Source of the DNA: Myxococcota bacterium | GTDB lineage: Bacteria; Myxococcota_A; SURF-8 | DNA length: 64,000 nucleotides | Reading direction: 5' to 3' | Assembly: GCA_963674735.2 (NCBI GenBank) | Contig: CAXXQS010000001.1 | Location: 1,600,001-1,664,000, forward strand | In this document: piece after piece, positions 49,671 to 61,100 of the stretch | Position numbering within the stretch: the stretch's first letter is position 1 | How the letters are laid out: each line of letters opens with the position of its first letter | Notes under the pieces: generated by a model | Database searches by the model: none | What the model saw: the letters and a program-made list of their open reading frames with translations, nothing else | What the model was told of the DNA's origin: nothing | Translations under genes and position numbers: made by a program

Positions 49671-51563
49671 ATGCCGCCCAAACGCCGGGACGTGCTCGAC
49701 CTCTTCGATGGCTCTTCGGCCATCGAACTGCGCTATAAAGACCTCATCCGCTCACTGGACGTCCGGCCCGACGAGCGCCGGGTCTTTCGCGCCATCATCG
49801 ACGACATGGTGCGCCAGGACAGCTTGCGGCGCCGCAAAGGCAACATGTACCGACTGGGTTCCAACCTCAAGGCGGGTGTGTCCGCTCCCGGCAAGAAAGA
49901 CGGCCGCCCGACCTCGCGTAAGGAGCAACGGCGAATCCTCTACGAAGGCCTGTACTCCGACGCTGCCCTGCCGACCCGTTTCCCGGCGAAAACCATCGCG
50001 GAAGCGCAAGCCCTGCCCCAGACGATCGTCGACATCCCCAAAACGGCGCGGGATATCCGTGCGCTGCCGCTGGCCACCATCGACCCGGCCGACGCCAAGG
50101 ATTTCGACGACGCCGTAGCCGCCATCGCACGGGAAGACGCCCCGGGAACCCGGCTCATCGTCGCCATCGCCGACGTGTCGCACTTCGTGCGTCCCGGCAG
50201 CGCCCTCGACAAGGAAGCCTTCAAACGCGGCACCAGCGCCTATCTGCCCGGCACCGTCGTCCCCATGCTGCCCCACGAACTCAGCTCGGGATTATGTTCG
50301 CTCAAGCCCAAGGAAGATCGTCTGTGCCTGGCCGCCTTTCTCGATTACAGCCCGGCCGGCCGTCTGGAAGGCATCGATTTCGCCCAGGCCGTGATGAACT
50401 CGCAACGCCGCCTGACCTACAAAGACGCGCAGCGCCGCCTGGAAGGCGAACGCTTCGAGGATCCGGCGCTCGACGACAGCTTCGATCGTCTGCAAACCCT
50501 GTATCGACAGCTTCTCAAAGGCTGGAGCGAACGTGGCAGTCTCGATTTCGATCTGCCCGAGCCCTGGATTCGCTTCAACGACGCCGGAGAGATCAGCGGC
50601 ATCGTTCGCTATCCGCGTCTCGACGCCCACCGCATGATCGAAGTCTTCATGGTGGCGGCCAATGAGGCGGTCGCCGAGTTCCTGTGCGAACGGGAATGGC
50701 CCTGTGTTTATCGCGTCCATGAGCGCCCCGATCCCGAAAAGCTGCTGGCCTTCGGCAACATCGCCCGCACCTTGGGGTATGCCTTTCCGACGGAAGCGCG
50801 CATCGACGGCCGCAAGCTCAACCTGTTTCTGGCAAGCCTGGTCGGCCATGACGATCAGGGCTATCTCAGCACACTGCTTTTGCGCTCGATGAAGCGCGCC
50901 TTTTATCATCCGGACAATCTCGGGCATTTCGGCCTCGGCTTGAAATATTACTGCCATTTCACCTCTCCCATCCGCCGTTATCCCGATCTGGAGGTGCATC
51001 GCCTGCTCAAGCGCGCCCTGGCGGGCTATCCGAACAAAAAAGACATCGCGCGCGCCGCCGGTCGTCTGCCGGAAATTTCCGAAACCTGCTCCACCACGGA
51101 ACGACGCGCGGTGGATGTGGAACGGAAAGCCGTCTCGATCTGCCAATGCGAATACATGGCCACCTTTCTGGGCGATACCTTCGAAGCGAAAATTTCCGGG
51201 ACGATCGAATTCGGTTTCTTCGTTCAGATCAGCGACCCCTTCGTGGAAGGGATGGTACATGTTTCGAATCTGCGCGACGATCACTATCTGCTGGATGCGG
51301 ACGGCCACGCCCTGGTGGGCCAACGCAGCGGACGGCGTTTTCGGCTGGGAGACGCCGTCGAAGTCCGCCTGATTCGCGCCGACATTCCCCTCGGGCGGCT
51401 CGACTTTCAGTTGGCGGATGACGAACCCGGCGCCACGGGTCCGCGAGCGCGCCCCTACCGACCCGCCTCGCGCTCGAACAAACGGGCGGGAGCCGGTTCC
51501 GGTGCAGGCAGCACGCGCCGTCGTCCAAAAGCGCGAAAAAGCGGGGGCAAACGCCGTCGCTGA
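49671..51563 (+). CDS. rnr: Ribonuclease R family exoribonuclease
   Basis: TIDPADAKDFDDA, VAIADVSHFV, HFGL....YCHFTSPIRRYPDL.VHR, S1 domain, basic tail. Confidence 0.9.
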   Translation: MPPKRRDVLDLFDGSSAIELRYKDLIRSLDVRPDERRVFRAIIDDMVRQDSLRRRKGNMYRLGSNLKAGVSAPGKKDGRPTSRKEQRRILYEGLYSDAALPTRFPAKTIAEAQALPQTIVDIPKTARDIRALPLATIDPADAKDFDDAVAAIAREDAPGTRLIVAIADVSHFVRPGSALDKEAFKRGTSAYLPGTVVPMLPHELSSGLCSLKPKEDRLCLAAFLDYSPAGRLEGIDFAQAVMNSQRRLTYKDAQRRLEGERFEDPALDDSFDRLQTLYRQLLKGWSERGSLDFDLPEPWIRFNDAGEISGIVRYPRLDAHRMIEVFMVAANEAVAEFLCEREWPCVYRVHERPDPEKLLAFGNIARTLGYAFPTEARIDGRKLNLFLASLVGHDDQGYLSTLLLRSMKRAFYHPDNLGHFGLGLKYYCHFTSPIRRYPDLEVHRLLKRALAGYPNKKDIARAAGRLPEISETCSTTERRAVDVERKAVSICQCEYMATFLGDTFEAKISGTIEFGFFVQISDPFVEGMVHVSNLRDDHYLLDADGHALVGQRSGRRFRLGDAVEVRLIRADIPLGRLDFQLADDEPGATGPRARPYRPASRSNKRAGAGSGAGSTRRRPKARKSGGKRRR

Positions 51564-51660
51564 TTCTTCTATTTCATGCAATAATCCTTTCGCCCCATCC
51601 ATCATCATGATATGATTACCGGAATTGTTTTACGATTAGAGGGAGCACGTCGAAACCAGC

Positions 51661-53592
51661 ATGCGTATTGACCTATTCGCTTCCGATACAATTAAACTGG
51701 CGGGGAGACAACTTTCGCGGCGTTTCGAGTTGCGTCGTCTGGAAGACCTGCGGCGGGTGCACGGCGATCCGCAACCTTCCGTCATCATCGGAACGGCCCG
51801 TGAACTGGCGTCGCTGTCGCCTAAAAGCATCGACCATCTGCGCGAAGTGGGTGTGCGCATCATCGTTACCGAAGCCGTGCCGGGTACGCCCATGCCCCGC
51901 TTCGAGCGCGAGCTGATTCTCTGCACCCTGCCGCATCTCGATGAACGCGAAGAATGGCGCATCCTTTCCGCCTTCATCAACAACGCCATCGACTTGCTCA
52001 CTTTGCACAATCAGTTGAAGCGAACCCAACAAGACCTCGAAGAAATCATCCAGATCGGCGTTCTGCTCTCTTCGGAAAAAGATACCAACAAACTTTTGGA
52101 ATTGATTTTGACGAAAACCCGCGAAATCACCAATTGCGACGCGGGCTCGCTCTACCTGGTGGAAGAGAAAGACAACAAACGGCAGTTGATGTTCAAGATG
52201 GCCCAGAACGACTCGGTGCCGCTGAACCTCAAAGAATTTCCCATGCCGCTTTCCAATCAGTCGCTGATCGGACATACGCTACTTTCGGGCGAACCCCTGG
52301 TCATCGACAACGCCTACGAAATCGATTCCGAGAAGCCTTACAGCCACGCGCGCTGGGTGGACAAGAAAAACAACTATCGCACCATCACCATTCTAACGGT
52401 TCCGCTCAAGAATCTGAAGGGCGACGTCCTGGGCGGTTTGCAGCTCATCAATCGCAAACGCGACTTCAATATCCGCCTGGTCGATCCGCTGACCGCCATG
52501 GTGGTCGTGCAACCTTTCGACGATCACGCAATCAAGCTGGTCTCATCGCTGGCCTCGCTGGCCGCGGTCACGCTCGAAAAAAACCGGCTGTATGAATCGA
52601 TCAAAGAACTGTTCGATGGTTTCGTAAACGCCGCCGTCAAAGCCATTGAATCTCGCGATCCCACCACCTCCGGCCATTCGGAGCGCGTCGCGATCATCAC
52701 GGAAGGATTGGCCAACGAAGTCAACAAGGCTTCCAGCGGTCCTTTTGCAAAGGTTCATTTCAGCGAAGAACAGTTGCTTGAACTGCGCTATGCCGCGCTG
52801 CTGCACGATTTCGGAAAAGTCGGCGTGCGCGAACACGTCCTCGTCAAAGCCGAAAAACTTTATCCGGGTGAAAAAGCTCTGCTTGAGATGCGCGTCAAAC
52901 TCATCCGGGCGTGTCTTCGGGCCGAAAGCTGGAAACGGCAGCTCGATTACGCCATGCAAAACGGGCTGGAAGCGTTGAACCGCCACGAAAAGGTTTTTCT
53001 GGAGGAAACCGGAGCCCGCATCAGTCAGCTTGAAAACGATCTTTCCATCGTGATGGAAGCCAACATTCCCAAGCTGTTGCCGGAAGGACATTTCGACCAA
53101 CTCGCCGATATCGCCGATCGTCTTTATGCGACGTTCGATGACGAGCCTCTGAAAATCATCGATGAAAAAGAAGCGAAAATTCTCAGCATTCCCAAAGGCA
53201 GCCTCACCGAAGAGGAACGCTTGGAAATCGAATCCCACGTCGAGCACACCAACACGTTTCTCAAGCGAATCAAGTGGACCGACAACCTGCGCGGCATTCC
53301 TGAAATCGCCTATAAACATCACGAGAAACTAAACGGCAAAGGCTATCCGCGCAAACTGACGGAAGCCAATTTACCCATCCAAGCGCGCATGATGACCATC
53401 TGCGATATCTTCGATGCCTTGACCGCCAGCGACCGCCCTTATAAAAAAGCGGTTCCGTTCGATAAGGCGCTCCAGATTCTGGAATTCGAGCGTAAGGCAA
53501 ACCAACTCGATCCGGATCTGCTGGATTTATTTGTCGAAACGAAAGTTTTCAATCTTCTCCTCAAACAAAATACGGAGGAGACGAGTCACTAA
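51661..53592 (+). CDS. GAF + HD-GYP cyclic di-nucleotide phosphodiesterase
   Basis: GAF domain; AIESRDPTTSGHSERVA, LLHDFGK, HHEKLNGKGYP, CDIFDALT..DRPYKKA. Confidence 0.92.
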   Translation: MRIDLFASDTIKLAGRQLSRRFELRRLEDLRRVHGDPQPSVIIGTARELASLSPKSIDHLREVGVRIIVTEAVPGTPMPRFERELILCTLPHLDEREEWRILSAFINNAIDLLTLHNQLKRTQQDLEEIIQIGVLLSSEKDTNKLLELILTKTREITNCDAGSLYLVEEKDNKRQLMFKMAQNDSVPLNLKEFPMPLSNQSLIGHTLLSGEPLVIDNAYEIDSEKPYSHARWVDKKNNYRTITILTVPLKNLKGDVLGGLQLINRKRDFNIRLVDPLTAMVVVQPFDDHAIKLVSSLASLAAVTLEKNRLYESIKELFDGFVNAAVKAIESRDPTTSGHSERVAIITEGLANEVNKASSGPFAKVHFSEEQLLELRYAALLHDFGKVGVREHVLVKAEKLYPGEKALLEMRVKLIRACLRAESWKRQLDYAMQNGLEALNRHEKVFLEETGARISQLENDLSIVMEANIPKLLPEGHFDQLADIADRLYATFDDEPLKIIDEKEAKILSIPKGSLTEEERLEIESHVEHTNTFLKRIKWTDNLRGIPEIAYKHHEKLNGKGYPRKLTEANLPIQARMMTICDIFDALTASDRPYKKAVPFDKALQILEFERKANQLDPDLLDLFVETKVFNLLLKQNTEETSH

Positions 53593-53698
53593 CTCCTTGA
53601 AATCATAAACGGAGTGTCAGCGAATTTGTTTGCACGCAACGTCAGGGGTATGCTATAGAGGTTTTTTTAAGAATCGATAGACAGATCGACATCTTACA

Positions 53699-55087
53699 AT
53701 GAGCAGAAAATACAAAATACTCGTTGTCGACGACGAACCGACCGTCCGCACGGCTATCGCTAACTATTTGAATACGTTTAACTTTGACGTTTTCGAAGCT
53801 GAAGATGGTGAAGAAGCGAAGGGCGTGCTTAGCGAACATTCGCTGGACTTGGTTATAACCGACGTAGCCATGCCGCGCTTCGACGGCATCCAACTGCTCT
53901 CGTATGTGAAAGAACATAATCCCCAGGCCGAAGTCATCATTATCACCGGTTACGGCACGATCGAAATGGCCGTCGAGGTGATGCGACGTGGAGCCTTCAT
54001 CTTTCTCCAAAAACCGATCAAACTTCCGGAACTCAAGGAACAGGTGGAAAAAGCGCTGGGCCTGATGCTCGATAAAAAGCTGCCGCCCGCTTCCATCCGC
54101 AGCAATGTGCAGAAAGAAGGCCTGATCGGCCGCATGGTCAAAAGCAACAATGCGGGCATGAAAGAGCTGTTTTCCATCGCCAAGGTGATTGCTCCAACCG
54201 ATTCGACCGTGCTGATCACCGGCGAATCCGGAACGGGAAAAGAGCTTCTGGCGCAGTACATTCACTTCAACAGCGGCCGCGCCAATTCATCGCTGGTGCC
54301 GGTCAACTGCGGCGCGATTCCGGAAAACCTGATGGAAAGCGAATTTTTCGGACACGTCAAAGGCGCGTTCACCGGCGCCATCAACGCCCGCAAAGGTCGC
54401 TTGAAAGCGGCGGACGGCGGAACGCTGTTTTTGGACGAAGTCGGGGAACTTCCCTTGCACATGCAGGTGAAATTACTGCGAGTTTTACAGCTGAAACAGT
54501 TCGAGCCGGTCGGCTCGACGAAAATGGAAACATCCGATTTCCGCATTATCACGGCCACCAACAAAGATTTGGAGCACGAAGTTGCGGAGTCGAATTTTCG
54601 CGAAGATCTCTATTACCGGCTGAACGTGATTCCCTTGCATATTCCGCCGCTGCGCAATCGGCGCGACGACATCATGAAGCTGGCGCAGTTCTTCGTCGAA
54701 CGGTTCAATCGCGAAAAAGGCTGCAATATCTCAGGCTTTGCCGCAGACACGAGCGAAGCCTTGGTGAATTATTCCTGGCCCGGCAATATCCGCGAACTGG
54801 AAAACATCGTCGAGCGTATGGTGATTATCAACCAGCAAGGTGAAATCGGGCTCGACGAGCTGCCCGCCAAGATTCGCAACGGGGCGAGCCTACCCGAAGA
54901 GCGCACCGTCGAAAACATCCCCGAGAGCGGAATCGATTTCAACAATGAAATCGACAAGTTGGAGAGGCGGCTGATTTCGATGGCCCTCAAACGCACCGGT
55001 GGTAACCGCAACCAGGCGGCCCGTATTCTCAAACTCAACCGCACCACGCTGGTTGAGAAAATCAAAAAGAAGAAGCTGAAAGCCTGA
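53699..55087 (+). CDS. Sigma54-dependent response regulator (NtrC family)
   Basis: REC domain, GESGTGKE, ESEFFGHVKGAFTGA, LFLDEVGE, WPGNIREL, Fis-type HTH. Confidence 0.96.
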   Translation: MSRKYKILVVDDEPTVRTAIANYLNTFNFDVFEAEDGEEAKGVLSEHSLDLVITDVAMPRFDGIQLLSYVKEHNPQAEVIIITGYGTIEMAVEVMRRGAFIFLQKPIKLPELKEQVEKALGLMLDKKLPPASIRSNVQKEGLIGRMVKSNNAGMKELFSIAKVIAPTDSTVLITGESGTGKELLAQYIHFNSGRANSSLVPVNCGAIPENLMESEFFGHVKGAFTGAINARKGRLKAADGGTLFLDEVGELPLHMQVKLLRVLQLKQFEPVGSTKMETSDFRIITATNKDLEHEVAESNFREDLYYRLNVIPLHIPPLRNRRDDIMKLAQFFVERFNREKGCNISGFAADTSEALVNYSWPGNIRELENIVERMVIINQQGEIGLDELPAKIRNGASLPEERTVENIPESGIDFNNEIDKLERRLISMALKRTGGNRNQAARILKLNRTTLVEKIKKKKLKA

Positions 55088-55216
55088 CCGAACATCCGGT
55101 CGCGTCGCCTTCATCGAACCTCTTCCCCGTCACAAATCCGGCCTTTAACTTTGACGGATGAATCTCGATACGTTATCTTCCGAATCCCGACGGATTGACA
55201 GGGAAAAAACGACATC

Positions 55217-56578
55217 ATGCACACAACAGAGGGGTCATTCATGGAAAGCCATTCGAATAAAGTCGCGAAAATCGTGGCGGATATCAAAGCCATCAACGCC
55301 CGCCGCAACGGCGAACGGGTCCGTTTCGAAAAAGACAGCGTTTCCCATTTCGTCCCCAATCCATTCGACGATGAAAAAGCGGATATCCGTATCGATTTCA
55401 GTCCTTTGAACGAACTGCTGCAAATCGATAAAGAGGCGCTCACCGCCACTGCCGAACCGGGTTTGAGCTTCAGCGAACTCACCCAAGCGACGCTCACCCA
55501 GGGTTTGATGCCGGTGGTAGTGCCCGAACTTAAAGGCATTACGATCGGCGGCGCGGTTTCGGGTTGCTCCATCGAATCGCAATCCTTTCGCTACGGGGGC
55601 TTCCACGATTCCTGCCTCGAATACGAAGCTGTCACGGGCGAAGGCGAGCTCATCACTTGTTCGGAACAGGAAAACCCCGATGTTTTCCACCTGTTACACG
55701 GTTCATACGGCACCCTGGCACGCCTGACGCGCATCACCTTCAAGCTGATGCCGGCCAAACCCTACGTGAAAATGACTTACCGCCGCTTCGACCGTTTTCC
55801 TGAATATTGGGCCGAATTACGCGCACTTTGCGAGTCTGCCGAATTTCCGTTCATCGACGGCATCATTCACGCCAAAGACTGCTTCGTTTTATGTCTCGGT
55901 GAAATGGTCGAAAACCCGCCCTACGTTTCCGATTACACCTGGCTGGACATCTTTTACAAAAGCACCCGCAGCCGCACGGAAGATTACCTGAGTATTTACG
56001 ACTACTTCTTCCGCTACGACACCGAATGCCATTGGCTGACGCGCACCCTGCCGCTCATGGAAAGCAAGCCCGTGCGCTTCGCTCTCGGCAAATGGCTGCT
56101 CGGCTCCACCAACCTGATCACCTGGTCCAAACGCTTGAAACGGGTGCTGCGACTCAAAAAGCGCCCGGAAGTGGTGGTGGATGTTTTCATTCCCGGACGC
56201 CGTTTCGAGGAATTCTACAACTGGTATGAAGCCGATTTCGACTTTTACCCGCTTTGGATCGTTCCCTATCGCATGCCCGCAATTTACCCCTGGGTCAGCG
56301 ACGAACACGCCGCCCGCATGAACGACACGTTCCTGATCGACGCCGCCGTTTACGGCAAGGCAAACACCCGGAAATCAGTCGACTATTCCGAGTTGATGGA
56401 GCGCAAGGTGTTCGAGTTCGACGGCGTCAAGACCTTGATTTCACGCAATCACTACAGCCCCGAAACCTTTTGGTCCATTTACAGCCGACCGCGCATCCAG
56501 ACAATGAAACAGCGCCTCGACCCCGGCAACCTCTTCGGCGATCTGTACGAAAAGTTTTCACCGGAGAAATACGGCTAA
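55217..56578 (+). CDS. FAD-binding oxidoreductase (DHCR24 / mycobacterial Rv3719-BfaA-like)
   Basis: P.VVPELK.ITIGGAVSG.SIES.SFRYG, E..D.F....GSYGTL, DYFFRYD, K...DP.NLF.DLYEK; start may be 55241. Confidence 0.8.
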   Translation: MHTTEGSFMESHSNKVAKIVADIKAINARRNGERVRFEKDSVSHFVPNPFDDEKADIRIDFSPLNELLQIDKEALTATAEPGLSFSELTQATLTQGLMPVVVPELKGITIGGAVSGCSIESQSFRYGGFHDSCLEYEAVTGEGELITCSEQENPDVFHLLHGSYGTLARLTRITFKLMPAKPYVKMTYRRFDRFPEYWAELRALCESAEFPFIDGIIHAKDCFVLCLGEMVENPPYVSDYTWLDIFYKSTRSRTEDYLSIYDYFFRYDTECHWLTRTLPLMESKPVRFALGKWLLGSTNLITWSKRLKRVLRLKKRPEVVVDVFIPGRRFEEFYNWYEADFDFYPLWIVPYRMPAIYPWVSDEHAARMNDTFLIDAAVYGKANTRKSVDYSELMERKVFEFDGVKTLISRNHYSPETFWSIYSRPRIQTMKQRLDPGNLFGDLYEKFSPEKYG

Positions 56579-57200
56579 CCGTCATTTCGACTCGCCTTCA
56601 AATGAACGCGCGGCCGAATGTCGGTTTACCTATTTGGTTGATATCACAGCCGGTTTTACCCAATCCGCACCTCGACCGACGTTCGCCGACAGGGCCGTCT
56701 TGCCTGAATCAGGGTTTCTCCAGTTATTTCATAGACATACAACCTCATAATTGGAATCCCTAACATTTACATTGATTATATTATACCTACTATATGCCTG
56801 CGTTTATCTTTTTCACTTCATTTGCGGTTATTTTGTTCCGTCGCATCTCCGCCGAGAAACGGCCAGCCATCGACGTAACAAAACGTGATGACAGGGTTAT
56901 TCGCGTCCTCCATTTGCTTTCATGCAGAATCAAATTTTTGCAGACTTGACTGCCGAATTCAAAGGAGATGAAAAGGTGTGACGTATTAGGGCATTCCGAC
57001 TTTTCCGATCTGATTCTTTCCTGACGAAAAACGTGAATACGAAAAAAGCCAGTGATTTCGCGAAACACGCAGCAAGCGCATTCCGCGTATCAAGCGCATC
57101 CGACGCATCGAACGCATTCGCCGCACCAAGCTATTCAGAAGCGGAAACGCTCCTCCCGGACTCGGGAGGTGAGATGAAAAAGACGATTGACTGACCCCGC

Positions 57201-57983
57201 TCAGAACTCGATGGGCTCGCGATAAGTCGGAACGATCGTCTGCATGCCGGGGCTGTTTTGCCGCACCTGCTTGACAAACGGCTCGGTGGGAATCGCCTGA
57301 CTGATCGGCGGAAAGGCATCGTCGAAATGATGGGCGTACACCGCCTTCGGTTTCAGCTTCGCCGCAATCTCCGCCGCTATTTCCTGAACGCGGCTGTGCC
57401 CCTGCAACGGCAAACTCAAGACATCCACGCCTTGCGGATACGCTTCGTTTTCATCGAGCGCCAGACTACCGAGATGCAACAGGCGCTTGCCGTTATGCTC
57501 GACCAACCAGGCCACGCAACGCCCCATGGGGAACTTCCGATGATCGTCCAGGTTGCGTTTGAGGTTGGGCCAACGGCGCATAAACCCCTTGGAAAGGATG
57601 TTTCCAGCCGTGCTTAATATGATAGGCAAATCGAAACTGATATGTTCTGCTGATAGGGGAGTCACGGAGAAGGGCCCGATTTCGATTTTTTCACCCAGGG
57701 TCGTCTCGACCAGCAGATCCCCGGACAGGCCGTGTTTGCTCTGCAGGTTTCGAGTCACTTCGGCCGGACCGTACGCTTTCTTGTTCAGACTGGGGCAGAA
57801 TTGCGGCAAATCGACACAATGATCGAAATGCCCGTGCGTAATCAGAAACGCATCCGCGTCGACGAGGTCGCGGCTTTCCAACGCGGGTAGCGCCGGGTTA
57901 CGCGTAATGTAAGGATCGAAAACCAGGGCGTGCCCGTCCGCTTCAACCTTGACCGTCGCATTGCCATACCATGTCAGCCGCAT
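57201..57983 (-). CDS. MBL-fold metallo-hydrolase (UlaG/YtkL-like)
   Basis: LTWYGNA, FDPY, ITHGHFDH, HHFD. Confidence 0.88.
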   Translation of the reverse strand: MRLTWYGNATVKVEADGHALVFDPYITRNPALPALESRDLVDADAFLITHGHFDHCVDLPQFCPSLNKKAYGPAEVTRNLQSKHGLSGDLLVETTLGEKIEIGPFSVTPLSAEHISFDLPIILSTAGNILSKGFMRRWPNLKRNLDDHRKFPMGRCVAWLVEHNGKRLLHLGSLALDENEAYPQGVDVLSLPLQGHSRVQEIAAEIAAKLKPKAVYAHHFDDAFPPISQAIPTEPFVKQVRQNSPGMQTIVPTYREPIEF

Positions 57984-58179
57984 GCCATCCTCCGCCCCGC
58001 TTGATTGATTTCACAGCCGCCGTCTCTTGCAACGGCAACGCCTAAACGCAACATACCGCAAGATGAATATCCGACACAGAAAAATCCATTTTTCCGATAA
58101 ATATATTTTGACCTCGACCGTCCAAACCCATAACATAAGTATCACGCATTGATTATTTTCGAACATAGTGGGAGGCATC

Positions 58180-61100
58180 ATGACTGTGAAATGCATGGTG
58201 AAAACACTTGCCGTCTGTTTGCTCATGACCGCGTTTGTGGCGGCCTGCTCGGGCGATGACTATCCGGACATCGAGAGTGATGGGGATCTTTCCGCCGCCG
58301 ATGCCGATGGCGACACCCCTGCCGACGGCGACCCGGACGATGACGCCTTGGACTCGGACGAAAATCCCACCGACGGCGATGACCCCACCGACGGCGACGT
58401 CCCAACCGACGGCGACATGGACGACGACGTCATGGACCTGGACGACAATGGTGATGAACCGGTGGTTTCCATCGAAGAAGCGCTCGCGAGGTTCTGGCAG
58501 CTTCTCAGCGACGATGGCGACAACCACGACGCCGCGTTCGAAGCCTGGCTGGCGAAAGAGCCGATCCCGGCCGGTCAAACGATCGTGGCCGCATTCGACG
58601 AAGACTTGAGCCTGGATATCGCCGACGATTCCTGGTTGTTCGTCATCGATGAAAGACCCGGCGCGCTGTTCGATCACCCCATGCGCTACATTCTGATTCC
58701 ACTTGACGGCTCCAACCCGATCAGCTTCGACGCGACCTCTCCCCCGCTGCTAACCAACCCCGTAGCCGCTCTTCCGGAACTTGTTTTTGCCACCACGTCC
58801 TATAACAGCCAAGGCGCGGCGATGGCCGCACCGGCAACCACCCGCGACGATCCTCCGGCTCTGCGCGACTACGGCGATGCGCCCGAGTCGCTTTCGGCGT
58901 ATTACGGGGGCGTGGCCGGTTACTATCCCGTGCGCGAAAGTTCCGACGGCGCGCGCACGCAAAGCTGCGAATATCTGCATTTGGGTCCGGATTGCTCGCA
59001 GGAAGCGGGCCCGGAAGATCCGTCCGACCCGGATGGCCGCCCGAACTTCGTCGACCAGGACCAAGACGACGGCGTGATCTGGTCGCTGGGTTTCGCTCCG
59101 GGCGGGGTGAAACATACGATCATTGCACGAGTGAATGTGGCCGACCATGCGGACGCGCCGCAGACCCAATACCTGAACGTGCTGTTCGATCGCAATCGGG
59201 ATGGCGATTGGGCGGACGACGGCGAGTGGATCGTTGAAAACCATACTTTGAATCTGGCAGCCGATACCGTCGATGAGTGGGTGGTTCTCGATGTCACCCT
59301 GCCCGACACGGCGGAGGCGGTTTGCGGCGGAGCCTGGGCGCGAGTGGTTCTCTCAGACAGCGAGGTGGCCGGCGACACCTGGACCGGTACCGGCGAATAC
59401 GCCCAGGGCGAAGTGGAAGATCTCTACATTCGGCAACATCCGCAAAGCCCCGAGGTCTGTCACCCCATTCTGCCTCCCCCCGATTGGGAGGATCCGCCCC
59501 CCGACGGCGACGTGGACGGCGATAGCGCCGACGGCGACGAGCCGGACGACGTGTGCGACATCCCGATCGGAAAACAGGCCATCGTGCTGGCCGGTCCCGA
59601 CCATGCGGAAGGCGTTCCCATCGTGCGCCTGACCGCCGCCGCCATGAATCAGTTCCTCAAAAGCGCAGGCTATCAGTCTTCCATCCTGCGTCCGCAAAGC
59701 AACGCCGACGTATCCACGGCCCTGACCGGCCTGGCCGCAAACGTCAAATGTCTCGACCGCGTCATGATCTATGTGATCGCCCATGGACGCGCAAAAAATG
59801 GCCAGGGCACCGCTGAAATGCGTCTGGCCAGCAGCGAGCTGATCAGCGCAGCCGACTTCTTCCAGGCCATCGCCTCCGCGATTCCGCCCTGCCCCGGCGG
59901 CTCGAAAGAAGCCGGGGAATGCGAAACGGCGAGCCAAGCCTGCAACCTGACGCTGATTGTCGAAAGCTGTTTCTCCGGTAGTTTCGCCAGCGAACTGGGC
60001 AGCCTGGGAGACAAAACAGGCCGCACCCTCATCCTTTCCAGCGCGTCGGACAAACCGTCCTGGACCGAAAACGGCACCGGTTACGTCGCTCAAGCCATCC
60101 AGGCGGCGGCGGACAATCCCGATGCGGTCGATGCCGATCAGAACGGCGAAATCACGCCACTGGAATGGGCGAACTACATCCATCAGTACGTCCAGAAGGC
60201 CTCCGGCAAGCACAATCAAAACACATCCCAGAGTATCACGGCCCCGAATTGTCCCTGCGATTGCTGCGGTGACGGCATCGTGCAAAGCAGCCAGGAAAAC
60301 GTCAACGGCGTTATGCAACCCTCACACACGGAAGCATGCGAACGGCCGGGAGACGTGTGCATCGGCGGGTCGGGAATCGGCATTTGCGACAGCGTTTGCC
60401 TCTGCCCACCCCTTGAAGGCTGCGGCGATGGCACGGTTCAAAGCGGTGAAGAGTGCGGCGAGCCGGGACTTGCGGCCTGCGAAGGCGGCGAAAGCTGCGT
60501 CCGGTGTGTGTGTGTCGGAGATATGCCGGTCTGCGGCAACGGCACCGCCGAGCCCGGCGAGCAATGCGGCGAACCGGGTCGAACCTGTCCGGAAGGCCAG
60601 TATTGTGGTGAGGATTGCCAATGCTATTTCCCTTACTGCGGCAACGGCCTTCCCGAAATGAGCGAAGAATGCGGCGAACCGGGGCTGAGCGCATGCCCGG
60701 GTCGGGAATACTGCAAAGACTGCCGGTGCTTTACACCAATCTGCGGCAACGACACCGCCGAGCCGGGTGAAACCTGCGGCGAGCCGGGCCTACCTCAATG
60801 TCCGGATGGCCAATACTGCGCCGAAAGCACCTGCACCTGCGTCGAGCCGGTTTGCGGAAATAACACGGCGGAAATGGGCGAAGCCTGCGGCGAACCGGGA
60901 CTGTCGGATTGTCCGCAAGGCCAATATTGCAGCGACGGCACCTGCACCTGCCTGACCGCCGCCTGCAACAATGGCACGGCCGATCCCGGCGAGACCTGCG
61001 GCGAACCGGGTCTCGCCCAATGTCCGGATGGCCAGTACTGCAGCGACAGCACCTGTACCTGCGTCACACCCACTTGCGGCAATGATGCCGCCGAGCCGGG

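Noticed and set aside
57074-57172. Arg-rich KRIPRIKRIRRIERIRR peptide frame
   Set aside because: In-frame stop at 57053 and no start codon before the tract
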